Source: a virus
Virus record (IMG/VR): IMGVR_UViG_3300029448_000015
Location: 8,477 to 72,476 of that record
Direction: 5' to 3' (one strand)
DNA: 64,000 bases
Below are positions 39,953-49,383 of the stretch, in pieces. Positions within the stretch are counted from its first letter, which is position 1, and each line of letters starts with the position of its first letter. Under the pieces are notes generated by a model. That model saw only the letters and a program-made list of their open reading frames with translations. It did not search any database and had not been told where the DNA came from. The translations under genes and the position numbers were made by a program.

Positions 39953-40456
39953 TTACTCTGATTCTTCTGGATAATCTTCATTTTCTAAAATAATACTTTT
40001 AGGGTCTATCCACTCTGGAGGTAAAGAATATTTACCAAACCATCTAAATCCATTAGCTTCTGCCCACTCTGCATGGCTACGTTTAGTACCATCTTTTCTT
40101 CTTTTAGCTTGAGGCATAGGGGCTGAAGGATTAGCAAATAAAAATACTAATTCTGTATTTTTAGGTAAAGCTTTTCTTATCCATACATATTTATTGTACT
40201 CTTGATAATCCCAAAAACGTCCTTTGGCTTCTAAATAAATTAATTTATCATCTAACTTTTTAATAAAGTCAGGAGTATAAGAATGATTGGTAACGTAATA
40301 TACTTTATCAGTATGGATACTCCAATCTTTTAATGGGCCTACATGAAGTTCATATTCCCAATTAGAGTCATAACCAGTAATTAAATTCTTTTCCACTGGT
40401 CTTTTAACTCTACGTTTCCTTGCACCAGATTTAACTTTTCTTTTAGGTTGCGTCAT
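39953..40456 (-). CDS. Endonuclease I-like resolvase, set B
   Basis: YDSNWE, YTPDF, LEAKGRF. Confidence 0.8.
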   Translation of the reverse strand: MTQPKRKVKSGARKRRVKRPVEKNLITGYDSNWEYELHVGPLKDWSIHTDKVYYVTNHSYTPDFIKKLDDKLIYLEAKGRFWDYQEYNKYVWIRKALPKNTELVFLFANPSAPMPQAKRRKDGTKRSHAEWAEANGFRWFGKYSLPPEWIDPKSIILENEDYPEESE

Positions 40457-40713
40457 ATTATTTCAATAACTACCTTTGTTGTTACTGGTCTATATTTAAA
40501 TTCTTTTTTTAATTGGTTTACAGCCCACTTAGGAGTGTAAAAATTATTGCATCTAGAACCTTCAGCATTAATAAAATATCTATCTTTAGGTAAGTAAGAC
40601 TTTATATTTTTTATATTTATTTCTGTAGAGTCTGTAGGTAATTTATTTTTTAATCCTTCTAGTAATAAATCTAATGCAATATTCCTAATTTTTTTAGCTT
40701 TTTTACCATTCAT
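40453..40713 (-). CDS. Hypothetical protein
   Basis: Start moved to MNGKKAKKIR. Confidence 0.55.
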   Translation of the reverse strand: MNGKKAKKIRNIALDLLLEGLKNKLPTDSTEINIKNIKSYLPKDRYFINAEGSRCNNFYTPKWAVNQLKKEFKYRPVTTKVVIEII

Positions 40714-41551
40714 AAATTTCTTCAACATTTGGAGTTGATCTAACATTTGTCAAGTATACTAAACCTCTAGCATATTTAAAAACTCTAAGTCCTTCTCCAC
40801 CATTTGAATCTTTGTAACATTCTTTTTTGAATGAACAGTACGCACAATTTTTATGTATTTTTCTGTTACCTTTCTTTCCTTCTTCTACAGTAGGATAACA
40901 ATAATCAGGTGGTTGCTCCCTATCTAACATAACTTTTAAATCTTTAATAGTTTCAGCAGCATTAGGTTTATCTAACTCTTCTGGAGTATACGTACATAAC
41001 TCACCAGTTTCTTTGTCGATAACTAAGAAATAACTGTCTTCTCCTTCTTCTGCTTGTTCATAAGCAGCTAACTGTGTTATGTATCCAAAGGGGTCATCAT
41101 CTCTTAAACCACCACTTTTAAATTTATTAAAAGAAAACTTAGAAGCAGATTTAATATCTACTACTTTGTTATTTATTTTACAATCCATGTGACCTTTAAT
41201 ACCGCCTATCTCTACCTCTTTCTGTTCTGCAGAAATTCCATTACCTGAAAGCTTTACTAAAAATAAAAGTAGTTGTTCTAGTAAATGTCCGTATAAAAAT
41301 TTAATTTGTAAAGTAGGTGAGGGTTGATTTTGTTTTGCAGGACTTCTTTTTTCAAACCATAATTGTCTAGCAGGTTTACCAATGTTAGAAAACCTAAGTG
41401 TAAAGTCTTTGTTTTCTCTGGGCTTTGACCATTCTAATAAAGCTTGACCCATAGATTCTGAAAACTCTGTTATATATTTCTCAGGTATATGTAAAGAATT
41501 AGAATTAATCTCATCAATTTTTTTATAAATATCTTCTACAATTTCTTTCAT
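40703..41551 (-). CDS. PD-(D/E)XK (Cas4-like) exonuclease, set B
   Basis: GHMDCKI..DIKSAS, QLAAY, CAYCSFKKEC. Confidence 0.8.
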   Translation of the reverse strand: MKEIVEDIYKKIDEINSNSLHIPEKYITEFSESMGQALLEWSKPRENKDFTLRFSNIGKPARQLWFEKRSPAKQNQPSPTLQIKFLYGHLLEQLLLFLVKLSGNGISAEQKEVEIGGIKGHMDCKINNKVVDIKSASKFSFNKFKSGGLRDDDPFGYITQLAAYEQAEEGEDSYFLVIDKETGELCTYTPEELDKPNAAETIKDLKVMLDREQPPDYCYPTVEEGKKGNRKIHKNCAYCSFKKECYKDSNGGEGLRVFKYARGLVYLTNVRSTPNVEEIYEW

Positions 41552-41564
41552 TTAGTTACTTCCT

Positions 41565-41897
41565 TTATTTCTTGTGATGTTTTATAAAATGAAATCCTCC
41601 TTTTGCAGAGGGTCTTAATGCAACAACACCTAATTCTTTTTGTATCTCTGAGCGTTTCTTGGGCTTATAATTAGTTTTAACATCTATAAATTTAATTTCT
41701 CCTGTATCTGAAATAGCAATTAAATCTATAGGGCCAGTACATTCACTGTTTTTAAATACTTTAAAATTATTTTCTATTAACCATATAACAGCTTTATACT
41801 CAGTAATATCTCCTATAGAGCAAGTAGATAGTTTACTTGAAGGTTCAGTAATCTTAGTGAGTTTCACTCCAGTTTTTCCCAACCTTATACTCCCCAT
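41565..41897 (-). CDS. Small PD-(D/E)XK endonuclease-like protein
   Basis: GDITEYKAV...GPIDLIAI...IDVKT. Confidence 0.65.
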   Translation of the reverse strand: MGSIRLGKTGVKLTKITEPSSKLSTCSIGDITEYKAVIWLIENNFKVFKNSECTGPIDLIAISDTGEIKFIDVKTNYKPKKRSEIQKELGVVALRPSAKGGFHFIKHHKK

Positions 41898-43596
41898 CTA
41901 AAGGACATCTAAGCTTTAAAAGCTCACCTGCTTGTATAATACATTCTACTCCTAACTTACCTACAGTATCAGCCATATCTTCTTTTACTTCTATTTGCCA
42001 TTCATCATGAACATTAGCTACAAAATGAGCATCTATATTATGTAACTTTTCATTTAAAAGAATTAAAGCTTTCTTCATTACAATAGAACCTGCTCCCTGT
42101 AGTAAAGTATTCAAAGCTGAATGTTCACTTCTAATTATTAACTTGCGTCCATCTAATGCTTTAATGAATCCTTTCCGTGCTTCTCTGCTAACTCTTGTTT
42201 TAAGATCATTGAATGATGGGAGATTATTAATAAATGATTTTCTAAGGTGTGCACCAGTACGTTTAGTTCCTCCGAGAATCTCCCCAAGTCTTGAATCTCC
42301 TGCTCCGTAGAGTAATGCATAGATGAAAGTCTTTGCCTGATTTCTTGATTCAAGCCCTGCAAGTCTTTGATTAGTGGAGTGTATGTCTCCATTAACGATT
42401 TCATTTACATACTCCTCATCATTCATGTAGTGAGCTAACATTCTTAATTCTAATCCACTAGCGTCTACACCAACTAATTTATAATTAGGTTTAACAATCC
42501 AACAAGATCTACATTCTTTACCATACTTACTATACACACTAGGAGTTTGTGCTAGGTTAGGATTTCTATGGGTCATCCTACCAGTAATAGTTCCATTATG
42601 ATTTACAAACCCTCTAACTCTATTATCATCTTCTACATCAGATAACCAAGAATCTACTTGGGCTATTCTTTTTTGGAGCATTAAAAACTCAGCTAATATT
42701 TTAGCTTCTTTAATATTTTTAATAGATGCTAATATTTTTTCATCTACTTTAGCTTGTCCGGTAGGCGTAAATTCTTTTGGTTTCCATCCTAAATCTTGTA
42801 GACGTTCACCAATTTGTTTTCGTGAACCGGGATTAAATTCTGTTTCTATTACTCTCGTAATAAAAGTTTGTTGTTCAATTAAATTAAATTCTTTATCTGT
42901 TAATCGTACATTAGTACCATAATTAGTCTTACCTGTTTTTAATAACTTTTTAAGTTTATTATGGCGTGGGAATATTTTTAATACTTCTTTAGCAGGTAAA
43001 AATACTTTTCTTATTTGTCTTTGAATCTCACTCATTCTTTCATTTAAAGTAGCAACTAACTTCATAGCTTCTTCTATGTTAAAAAGAAAACCATAGTTTC
43101 TTTGTTCATTCATAATCTTAGCTACTGCGTGCTCTATCTCAACACTTTGTCGAGAGAACCCTAGAGATTCTTGCTTTAATCTTTCATAGACTTTGTAATT
43201 CAATAAGACATCTTGTTCGCAATACTTCAGCATATCAGGAGTAAACTTACTGTATTCATGAAAATCTATTTTGTGACTCTTTAATATATACCCCCATCTT
43301 TCTAACCCATGTCCCCCTTCTCTTACTGGATTAAAAAGACGGGATAAAACTAATGTATCTACTATTATTTTATTTGATAAATCTATAGAGGTAAGATTTT
43401 TTATTACAGGTATATCATATCCTATAATGTTATGACCAATTAAAGTACCTGCCTCCATTAAAGCAGAAAGCCCTTGTTCTAATTCAGAAGGGCCATAAGA
43501 TTTTTGTTCTTGAGTAGAGGTGTCTAAAATAGAAAGACACCAAAGTTTAGTAGCTTCTATGCCATCTGTTTCTATATCAAATACTAAAGATTTCAT
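41854..43596 (-). CDS. Family A DNA polymerase, set B
   Basis: FDIETDG, HNIIGYD, TGR, DASGLELRMLAHY, AKTFIYALLYG, HDEWQ. Confidence 0.95.
   Translation of the reverse strand: MKSLVFDIETDGIEATKLWCLSILDTSTQEQKSYGPSELEQGLSALMEAGTLIGHNIIGYDIPVIKNLTSIDLSNKIIVDTLVLSRLFNPVREGGHGLERWGYILKSHKIDFHEYSKFTPDMLKYCEQDVLLNYKVYERLKQESLGFSRQSVEIEHAVAKIMNEQRNYGFLFNIEEAMKLVATLNERMSEIQRQIRKVFLPAKEVLKIFPRHNKLKKLLKTGKTNYGTNVRLTDKEFNLIEQQTFITRVIETEFNPGSRKQIGERLQDLGWKPKEFTPTGQAKVDEKILASIKNIKEAKILAEFLMLQKRIAQVDSWLSDVEDDNRVRGFVNHNGTITGRMTHRNPNLAQTPSVYSKYGKECRSCWIVKPNYKLVGVDASGLELRMLAHYMNDEEYVNEIVNGDIHSTNQRLAGLESRNQAKTFIYALLYGAGDSRLGEILGGTKRTGAHLRKSFINNLPSFNDLKTRVSREARKGFIKALDGRKLIIRSEHSALNTLLQGAGSIVMKKALILLNEKLHNIDAHFVANVHDEWQIEVKEDMADTVGKLGVECIIQAGELLKLRCPLDGEYKVGKNWSETH
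42153..42404 (-). CDS. Candidate nested +1-frame ORF (83 aa) inside polymerase B
   Basis: GAGGAG 7 nt before ATG; counterpart in polymerase A. Confidence 0.5.
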   Translation of the reverse strand: MKSLMETYTPLIKDLQGLNQEIRQRLSSMHYSTEQEIQDLGRFSEELNVLVHTLENHLLIISHHSMILKQELAEKHGKDSLKH

Positions 43597-45266
43597 AATT
43601 CAAACTCATCATTATCATCATTATCATCTAAGAAAACTTCAAGTAATCTCCCTGTAGTTTTGTCATATCTTAGATGTGCAGCCATACCAACATCTCCAGT
43701 GTATCTAGACTTTAATATTCTTAAATGTGTAGTTAAAGCTTCAACTGGATCATCAGCTTGCTGATTTCTTTCTAAAGCTATAACACAATCTGATATCTGT
43801 GCTATACCTCCAGAGCCTCTTAGATGACTAAGCCCTACAGTAGCTCCATTCTCATGTCCTCTATTACCTTCTAGACGTTTTAAATGAGAGACTAGTAAAA
43901 CACCTGCTCCAGTTTCTTCTACTATCTTACGGAGATCAGTCATCATTCTATCTATTAATGCACGTTCATTAGTTTGTTCAGCACTGGCAGATACAATCAT
44001 TTGTAAGTGATCTAAAATAATCCATTTACAATCACAACCTACAATCATATATTTTATTTTGGCTAAGATGTCATCAAAGTCACTAGCTCCAAAATGTGCA
44101 TGAACCCACATTCTATTTTTATTATTACCACCTAATACTTTTTGAGCTAACTTTTCATAATTCTCCTGACCATATTCATCTCTAATATGTTCTATATCTA
44201 ATTTTTTATTAGCTTCTATAGATAGAATACCATCAGCAGTTCTTGTCCAATCTTCTTCTAGAGCTACAATACCAAGATTGTCTTCAGTTCTAGTAATAAG
44301 CCAGTGTTCTATTTCTCTAATAATACTTGTCTTACCTAGCCCTGTACCTCCAGTAAATGTAACTAACTCTCCTTGTCTAAGACCAAATAATTTTTCATTT
44401 AAACCCTGCCAAGGGTAAGGAATAGAATCTTTCTTTTCACGTTTAAATAACTTATCAAAGTTATCTGATATGTTTAATACTCCAGAAGGAGTGTAGATAC
44501 TTGAAGCCCACCAAGAACTTACATATAAATTATGTAACCCTTGGCGTAGCATATCATTAGCATCTTTATACTCTTCAGGCATTTGAAGTATCTTTGCTTT
44601 GCCGGGAGTAATTAACTTAGCTACTGCTCTAGCAGCTTTTCTACCTTCCTTATCATTATCAAAGGAAATAATAATAGTTTGAAACTTTTCAATAAATTCT
44701 AAGTTAGCTTTGAAATCTCTTTCGGCCCCTGCAGCACCATTCTTAATTGATACTACTGGATACTGACTACCCATTAATTCATAAGCAGCCATTGCATCAC
44801 ATTCACCTTCAACTACTGTTAGAAATCTACCTCCTTCTTGGCATAGCTGTTGACCAAAGAACCCTGTACTTCTACTATCACCTTCCCAAGCAAAGTTTTT
44901 AGGATCAGTGCCTATAGTCTTTCTAACTTTATAACCTGAAATTTCATTTGCGGTATAGTAAGGATAGTAATGTTTAACTACTTCACCATCTTCTTTAATG
45001 GCTTTAACTCCATACTTCTTAGCAGTTTGTAAGCTAATAGATCTATCAGTTAGTTCTATAAACTCACCTTCAACAACATTAACTTTATTATTTTTATATT
45101 GTTTAAAGTCTGCTACAGAGTTATCTCCATTCATTGATTCCTCATAATTTTTAAATCTTGTATTACAAGAAAAACAAAATGCAGAACCATCATCATTAAT
45201 TCCACAAGCATCACTACTTGCACAATCAGGACTAGGACAGGGTTGATGTCTTTTTATAAAAGCCAT
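43593..45266 (-). CDS. T7 gp4-like primase-helicase, set B
   Basis: CPSPDC..CFSC, EGECD, FDND, GGTGLGKT, DHL, LRGS, KSRYTG. Confidence 0.95.
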   Translation of the reverse strand: MAFIKRHQPCPSPDCASSDACGINDDGSAFCFSCNTRFKNYEESMNGDNSVADFKQYKNNKVNVVEGEFIELTDRSISLQTAKKYGVKAIKEDGEVVKHYYPYYTANEISGYKVRKTIGTDPKNFAWEGDSRSTGFFGQQLCQEGGRFLTVVEGECDAMAAYELMGSQYPVVSIKNGAAGAERDFKANLEFIEKFQTIIISFDNDKEGRKAARAVAKLITPGKAKILQMPEEYKDANDMLRQGLHNLYVSSWWASSIYTPSGVLNISDNFDKLFKREKKDSIPYPWQGLNEKLFGLRQGELVTFTGGTGLGKTSIIREIEHWLITRTEDNLGIVALEEDWTRTADGILSIEANKKLDIEHIRDEYGQENYEKLAQKVLGGNNKNRMWVHAHFGASDFDDILAKIKYMIVGCDCKWIILDHLQMIVSASAEQTNERALIDRMMTDLRKIVEETGAGVLLVSHLKRLEGNRGHENGATVGLSHLRGSGGIAQISDCVIALERNQQADDPVEALTTHLRILKSRYTGDVGMAAHLRYDKTTGRLLEVFLDDNDDNDEFEL

Positions 45267-45286
45267 AAGAGATTCCTATTAAATAA

Positions 45287-45330
45287 GTGAATACCTAGCT
45301 TTGGCTCTACTGCTAGGCAAAGTAGTTCAC
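45287..45330 (-). promoter_or_regulatory. H-type pseudoknot candidate in the primase 5' leader
   Basis: GUGAA CUACU UUG CCUAGC AGUAG AGCCAAA GCUAGG UA UUCAC. Confidence 0.5.
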
Positions 45331-45349
45331 AAGGGAAGGAAATAACCCT

Positions 45350-45613
45350 TTAGCCAGTAGTCTTTTCTTCTGTAGTTTCGCTTTCAGCTATTACTGCAGT
45401 ATCATCCAAGAAACTTTCTAATTGATTTTGTAGAGTTTCTTGGGCTGCAGTTAATATAAAAGCTTCCTTTTGATATGAATTTTTTTTAGCCAATACATTT
45501 TTTAAAGCTTCAAAGATTAATAAAGCTTGTTCAGAGTTAGGTAACTTAGAAATATCGTAAGTTATATCTCCTTTGGTATAAGTTGCATTAGTCACCGAAT
45601 ATTGCCTCCCCAT
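45350..45613 (-). CDS. Hypothetical protein
   Basis: Start moved to MGRQYS. Confidence 0.55.
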   Translation of the reverse strand: MGRQYSVTNATYTKGDITYDISKLPNSEQALLIFEALKNVLAKKNSYQKEAFILTAAQETLQNQLESFLDDTAVIAESETTEEKTTG

Positions 45614-46022
45614 CTTCTTCTTCAACTTCAAACTCTGAACCATCAGGAGCATCATATTGTACAAGATCTAGTATCTGAACAGCTTGAAGTTCTAGACCTT
45701 GGAATGCTTTACCTTTCCAATTAGATTCCCATTCTTTATATTGAACTTTAACAGTAGATCCATTACCTACCATAACATCTACTGCTTTATTAAACTTATC
45801 TACAAGTCTAGGTGCAGGTCTAACCTTACCATTAGCTTGATTAACTTTACGTTTAATTACAATGGTAGGCCCATATTCTTTATCTTTAACTACATACCCT
45901 TTTGATCTAAAGCCATCTGCAGTTTTTTCATCTACTACTAGATCTACTGTATAGACAGGATCAAAGCGAGTGTTAGGTGATGTTATGGAAGCCCAATAAG
46001 CAGTCCCATTTACTGTAGCCAT
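45588..46022 (-). CDS. Single-stranded DNA-binding protein, set B
   Basis: GTAYWA...VGNGSTVKV...LQAVQILDLVQY plus acidic tail. Confidence 0.75.
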   Translation of the reverse strand: MATVNGTAYWASITSPNTRFDPVYTVDLVVDEKTADGFRSKGYVVKDKEYGPTIVIKRKVNQANGKVRPAPRLVDKFNKAVDVMVGNGSTVKVQYKEWESNWKGKAFQGLELQAVQILDLVQYDAPDGSEFEVEEEDGEAIFGD

Positions 46023-46057
46023 AAATATTTACCTCTTCTCTTTTTGTTTGTTAATTT

Positions 46058-46085
46058 ATTATACCAATGTCAACTAGAGTGTCAA
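46058..46085 (-). promoter_or_regulatory. Sigma70-type promoter for the SSB/replication operon
   Basis: TTGACA-N16-TATAAT with a TGn extended -10. Confidence 0.7.
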
Positions 46086-46405
46086 CTTCTTAATCCATAA
46101 ACCTTACGCCAGTTCTTAGGTTTGCGATCTATTTCTCCATGAAGAACTTGTCTACCTAACTCAGCCCTAACTGCATTCTCATATGTTATATATAAATCTT
46201 TTTTTAATGCAGATAAGTTAAAAGTTTTGGTAGGACTATTCCCATACAAAGGTTTAACTTTTGCCTTTTTATTTCCAATAGTAAAAGAACATACTCTCCA
46301 TCCTGAAAGATAAAAAAAAGATTCAAACCTATCAGATCTTTTAGGGGTTAAAAAATAATTTCTTTTTGAAATTATGTCGGCTGATATATTTTTAATTTTA
46401 TTCAT
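46082..46405 (-). CDS. Hypothetical protein
   Basis: ORF track; coupled start. Confidence 0.55.
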   Translation of the reverse strand: MNKIKNISADIISKRNYFLTPKRSDRFESFFYLSGWRVCSFTIGNKKAKVKPLYGNSPTKTFNLSALKKDLYITYENAVRAELGRQVLHGEIDRKPKNWRKVYGLRS

Positions 46406-46619
46406 GCATACCTCTAAACTTTTCTAAAGCTTGTAAACCTTCAACAGAAATATCTAAATTAGTACAATCAGAAAAAATTAAATTTACATAACTATCATCT
46501 TTAGTTCTTACACCTATTCGTAGATCTGTTAACCCTTCTTTATTAGAAAAATAATCTTTAACTAATTCAAATTGTATTCTTGCTGCATCATAAATAAATA
46601 TGTTGTCGCTGATTGCCAT
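46398..46619 (-). CDS. Hypothetical protein
   Basis: Start moved to MAISDN after AAGGA. Confidence 0.5.
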   Translation of the reverse strand: MAISDNIFIYDAARIQFELVKDYFSNKEGLTDLRIGVRTKDDSYVNLIFSDCTNLDISVEGLQALEKFRGMHE

Positions 46620-46797
46620 TTCATTTCCTTCATTTTGATGAATATTCTTCGTTACAAAATTCACATTTTTCTTTTTTATCTAGAATTAAATATAATCGTT
46701 TAACTTCACAATCATGTTCCCAAGACTCTATTATTTTTGGTTTTGGATTAAACAATTCTTTTATGTAGTCAAAGATTATATTTAACATAACTAACTC

Positions 46798-47736
46798 CTA
46801 TGCTGCTATTTGAGTTTCAAAAGTTTTAGTTACTTGCTTTTTAACTTTTTGACTTCTTAGATAAACAATATTAGAAGTATTATTAGAAGCTCTAGTAGGA
46901 GCATGAGTAGACCAATCGGTAAATGTATTAAACAAAGCCCACCGATTCTTACCCATTCTTGAAGAGTAATTAATCCACTTTTCTAACAGATATTTAAAAG
47001 CTTTGTTAGGTTTATAATCTCCTTGAAAATACTTTAGTGATACATCTAATGATTTTTGAAACTTAAAAAAGTCTTTAGCTTCAGTACAATTAGATAGAGT
47101 TGCTATTTCTCTAGCCGCATCTAGATCTGTAATTACTTTATCACTCCACTCAAACCATTTATTTACTTCAGATTGGAATGTTTCAGTAACTTCTAGTATT
47201 AACTTAGCTCCATGATCTATATCTAAAAGTCTGTTATGTCTATTTTTATATAGAGTAGCAGCACCAGATATAAACACTTGTCCATTTAAACAAGCTCCTT
47301 GTTCAGCCCCTGCTGACATTATAAAAGGTAATGTTCCATCTAAAGAAGTTGCAGATAAAAATGATAAAGATGCTCTATCACCATCAGGAGTAATTAAAGT
47401 TTCTTCAGGTAAGACATTGGTAACAAAACATCTTTTACCATTTCCTGATACAGCTATATTTTCTTTCATATTAGTAGTATTTAAATTAGCTTTCTCAAAA
47501 ATACTACGTTGATTATCAATCATTCTTTTATAAGATAACTGACTAGGATCAGAATAATTTTTACCATGAACTCCTAACTCTTCACCTGTATCAGTTCTAT
47601 AAATACTATGTTTAGCAGACTCTCTAGAGTTACCTTCATTGTCTACATAAAACAAAGGACTTGAATCAATTTCAAAATCTGCATTACCATAAGATGATTT
47701 TTTATTTATTGGGAAATCTAAAATAATTTTACTCAT
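46798..47736 (-). CDS. DUF932-like protein
   Basis: YRTDTGEELGV, SLDGT, CLNG, NRWALFNTFTDWSTH. Confidence 0.7.
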   Translation of the reverse strand: MSKIILDFPINKKSSYGNADFEIDSSPLFYVDNEGNSRESAKHSIYRTDTGEELGVHGKNYSDPSQLSYKRMIDNQRSIFEKANLNTTNMKENIAVSGNGKRCFVTNVLPEETLITPDGDRASLSFLSATSLDGTLPFIMSAGAEQGACLNGQVFISGAATLYKNRHNRLLDIDHGAKLILEVTETFQSEVNKWFEWSDKVITDLDAAREIATLSNCTEAKDFFKFQKSLDVSLKYFQGDYKPNKAFKYLLEKWINYSSRMGKNRWALFNTFTDWSTHAPTRASNNTSNIVYLRSQKVKKQVTKTFETQIAA

Positions 47737-47893
47737 GTTTTACTTTCCTTTTTTGTGTTTTCTAAATGTTTATAAACAGCTTGATCTTTTAAAGCTTCTT
47801 TAATTTCATACTCCTCCCTTTCTTTTTGTGACATACTTTCTAGTTTTTTAATATATAAATCATTAACCTTACCCATACTTTGCTACCTCTCTA

Positions 47894-47953
47894 AGTCTCT
47901 CTAAGCTTTAAAGACTTTCACTATCGTTAAAGTCTTTAAAGCTAAGAGAGACT
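47894..47953. repeat. Long hairpin (24 bp, one mismatch) with a loop related to the early cassette hairpins
   Basis: agtctctct-a-agctttaaagacttt [cactatcgtt] aaagtctttaaagct-a-agagagact. Confidence 0.75.
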
Positions 47954-48392
47954 AAAAGCTTCCCTCTGCTACTTGTAAACAAGTTAGATTTAAATTTCTC
48001 CACATTTGTACTACAGAATTTCTATCTTCAAATACATATTCAATATCATAGTAATCTGCAATATCTTCTCTATATATTCTTTCTTTAACTGTACAATCTC
48101 TTTCGTTATTACCTTCAGGACGAGAAAAACATAGATCAAAATTAATTTTATTTTCATCTAACCATTCAATAGTTAAGTGTTCGTACTTTGAATCTCTAGC
48201 AGTAATAATTAAAACTTTAAACCCTTTTGAATATAAATTGTTTACTAAATCTACAATTGGTTTATTAGGTAAGTCTTCATTTACTCTAGCCCAATCATAA
48301 GGTGTTCTACAATTTTCTAATGCTGTATTTCTTAAAGCTAATGTACCATCTACATCTACAATTAATCCTTTCATTTTATTTACCATTAACAT
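47952..48392 (-). CDS. HAD phosphatase, T4 polynucleotide kinase 3'-phosphatase domain-like
   Basis: DVDGTLA, ITAR, FEDR..VVQMWR...CLQV; no kinase domain. Confidence 0.8.
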   Translation of the reverse strand: MLMVNKMKGLIVDVDGTLALRNTALENCRTPYDWARVNEDLPNKPIVDLVNNLYSKGFKVLIITARDSKYEHLTIEWLDENKINFDLCFSRPEGNNERDCTVKERIYREDIADYYDIEYVFEDRNSVVQMWRNLNLTCLQVAEGSF

Positions 48393-48696
48393 TTCCCCTT
48401 TGTTTTTTTGACAAATAACTAGGTTTATCTACTGGTTTTAATAAACCTTTTTGTAAGGTATAAACACTATGAACTTCTTCAAATTGATTTTTTTCTGAAT
48501 GAATATTATTTAAGTAAACATAAATTCTTTTATTTGTTTTCTTTGATTGCCAAAAATTACATACATCATTCATATCTTTATGAATGTAAAAAGTTCTTTT
48601 AGGTTTTTCAAAAGTAGGACGCAAATCTAAAGTTGATTTATAATAATTTTTAGTAGGCATAAGATTCATCCTCATATAAAGGCGACCAAGAATCAT
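48376..48696 (-). CDS. Hypothetical protein
   Basis: ORF track; start uncertain. Confidence 0.5.
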   Translation of the reverse strand: MILGRLYMRMNLMPTKNYYKSTLDLRPTFEKPKRTFYIHKDMNDVCNFWQSKKTNKRIYVYLNNIHSEKNQFEEVHSVYTLQKGLLKPVDKPSYLSKKQRGNVNGK

Positions 48697-48973
48697 TGTA
48701 ATTTTTAATGATTTGTTCTTTTAAAAAGACTTCATCACTTTCAAAAATTATTATTGAGGATGCATCATAGTTACCATGAGTTTCATCTTCTATATATCTG
48801 TATTGAATAGGATTAATTTCAATTTCATTTATATCGTTCATAGCAGCATTAGGATTTAATCTTAAATATTCTTTCAAATATTCAGAAGGTTCCCATTCAT
48901 AATCTAGATCTACATCTACCCATGAGTTATGTATTTTTTTATTCTTTATACGAATATCTAGTTCTGTATCCAT
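48650..48973 (-). CDS. Hypothetical acidic protein
   Basis: Start moved to MDTELD after AAGGAG. Confidence 0.6.
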   Translation of the reverse strand: MDTELDIRIKNKKIHNSWVDVDLDYEWEPSEYLKEYLRLNPNAAMNDINEIEINPIQYRYIEDETHGNYDASSIIIFESDEVFLKEQIIKNYNDSWSPLYEDESYAY

Positions 48974-48984
48974 TAAAATCTCCT

Positions 48985-49143
48985 TTACCAGTGACGAAAA
49001 ATTCCTGACATAATAAAAAAACAAGTTACAAAATTAACTAAAACTATTATTGTTCTAAATAAAGCTACGATATCTGCTTCCTTACTATTATCAGATGCTT
49101 TTTCACCTAAAGATTTACACCATAAGCTCCATAGTTTTTTCAT
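48985..49143 (-). CDS. 52-aa membrane protein (not in ORF track)
   Basis: MKKLWSLWCKSLGEKASDNSKEADIVALFRTII...RHW*; GAGGG SD; homologue of 13385-13537. Confidence 0.75.
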   Translation of the reverse strand: MKKLWSLWCKSLGEKASDNSKEADIVALFRTIIVLVNFVTCFFIMSGIFRHW

Positions 49144-49154
49144 TTTTATACCCT

Positions 49155-49344
49155 CAAATAAAAAGGCAGGTGGTACTAAATATATACAGGGGAAGGAATT
49201 TATATATTTAATACCTTTAGGACTCTGCCTAGCCCTTTATTAATTAGTGGTAGAGTGATACTTTAACCATTATGATAAGGTTCTTATTAAGTTAAAGTAT
49301 CTAAAGAGATCTACCAATCCCTGCAGGAGGTCAATAAGAACCTT
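49155..49344 (-). ncRNA. Candidate structured non-coding RNA or 5' leader
   Basis: Starts at a predicted TSS; 12-, 11- and 7-bp interleaved helices, then a long hairpin with a U-rich tail. Confidence 0.45.
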
Positions 49345-49349
49345 TAAAT

Positions 49350-49380
49350 ATTATAATCATGTAAGTATGTAACTTGTCAA
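49350..49380 (-). promoter_or_regulatory. Sigma70-like promoter
   Basis: TTGACA-N19-TATAAT (long spacer). Confidence 0.55.
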
Positions 49381-49383
49381 CTA

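Noticed and set aside
49248-49344. HDV-like or hammerhead ribozyme
   Set aside because: A CCUCCUGCAGG hairpin is present, but I could not fit the HDV topology or hammerhead core; kept only as an unclassified structure.
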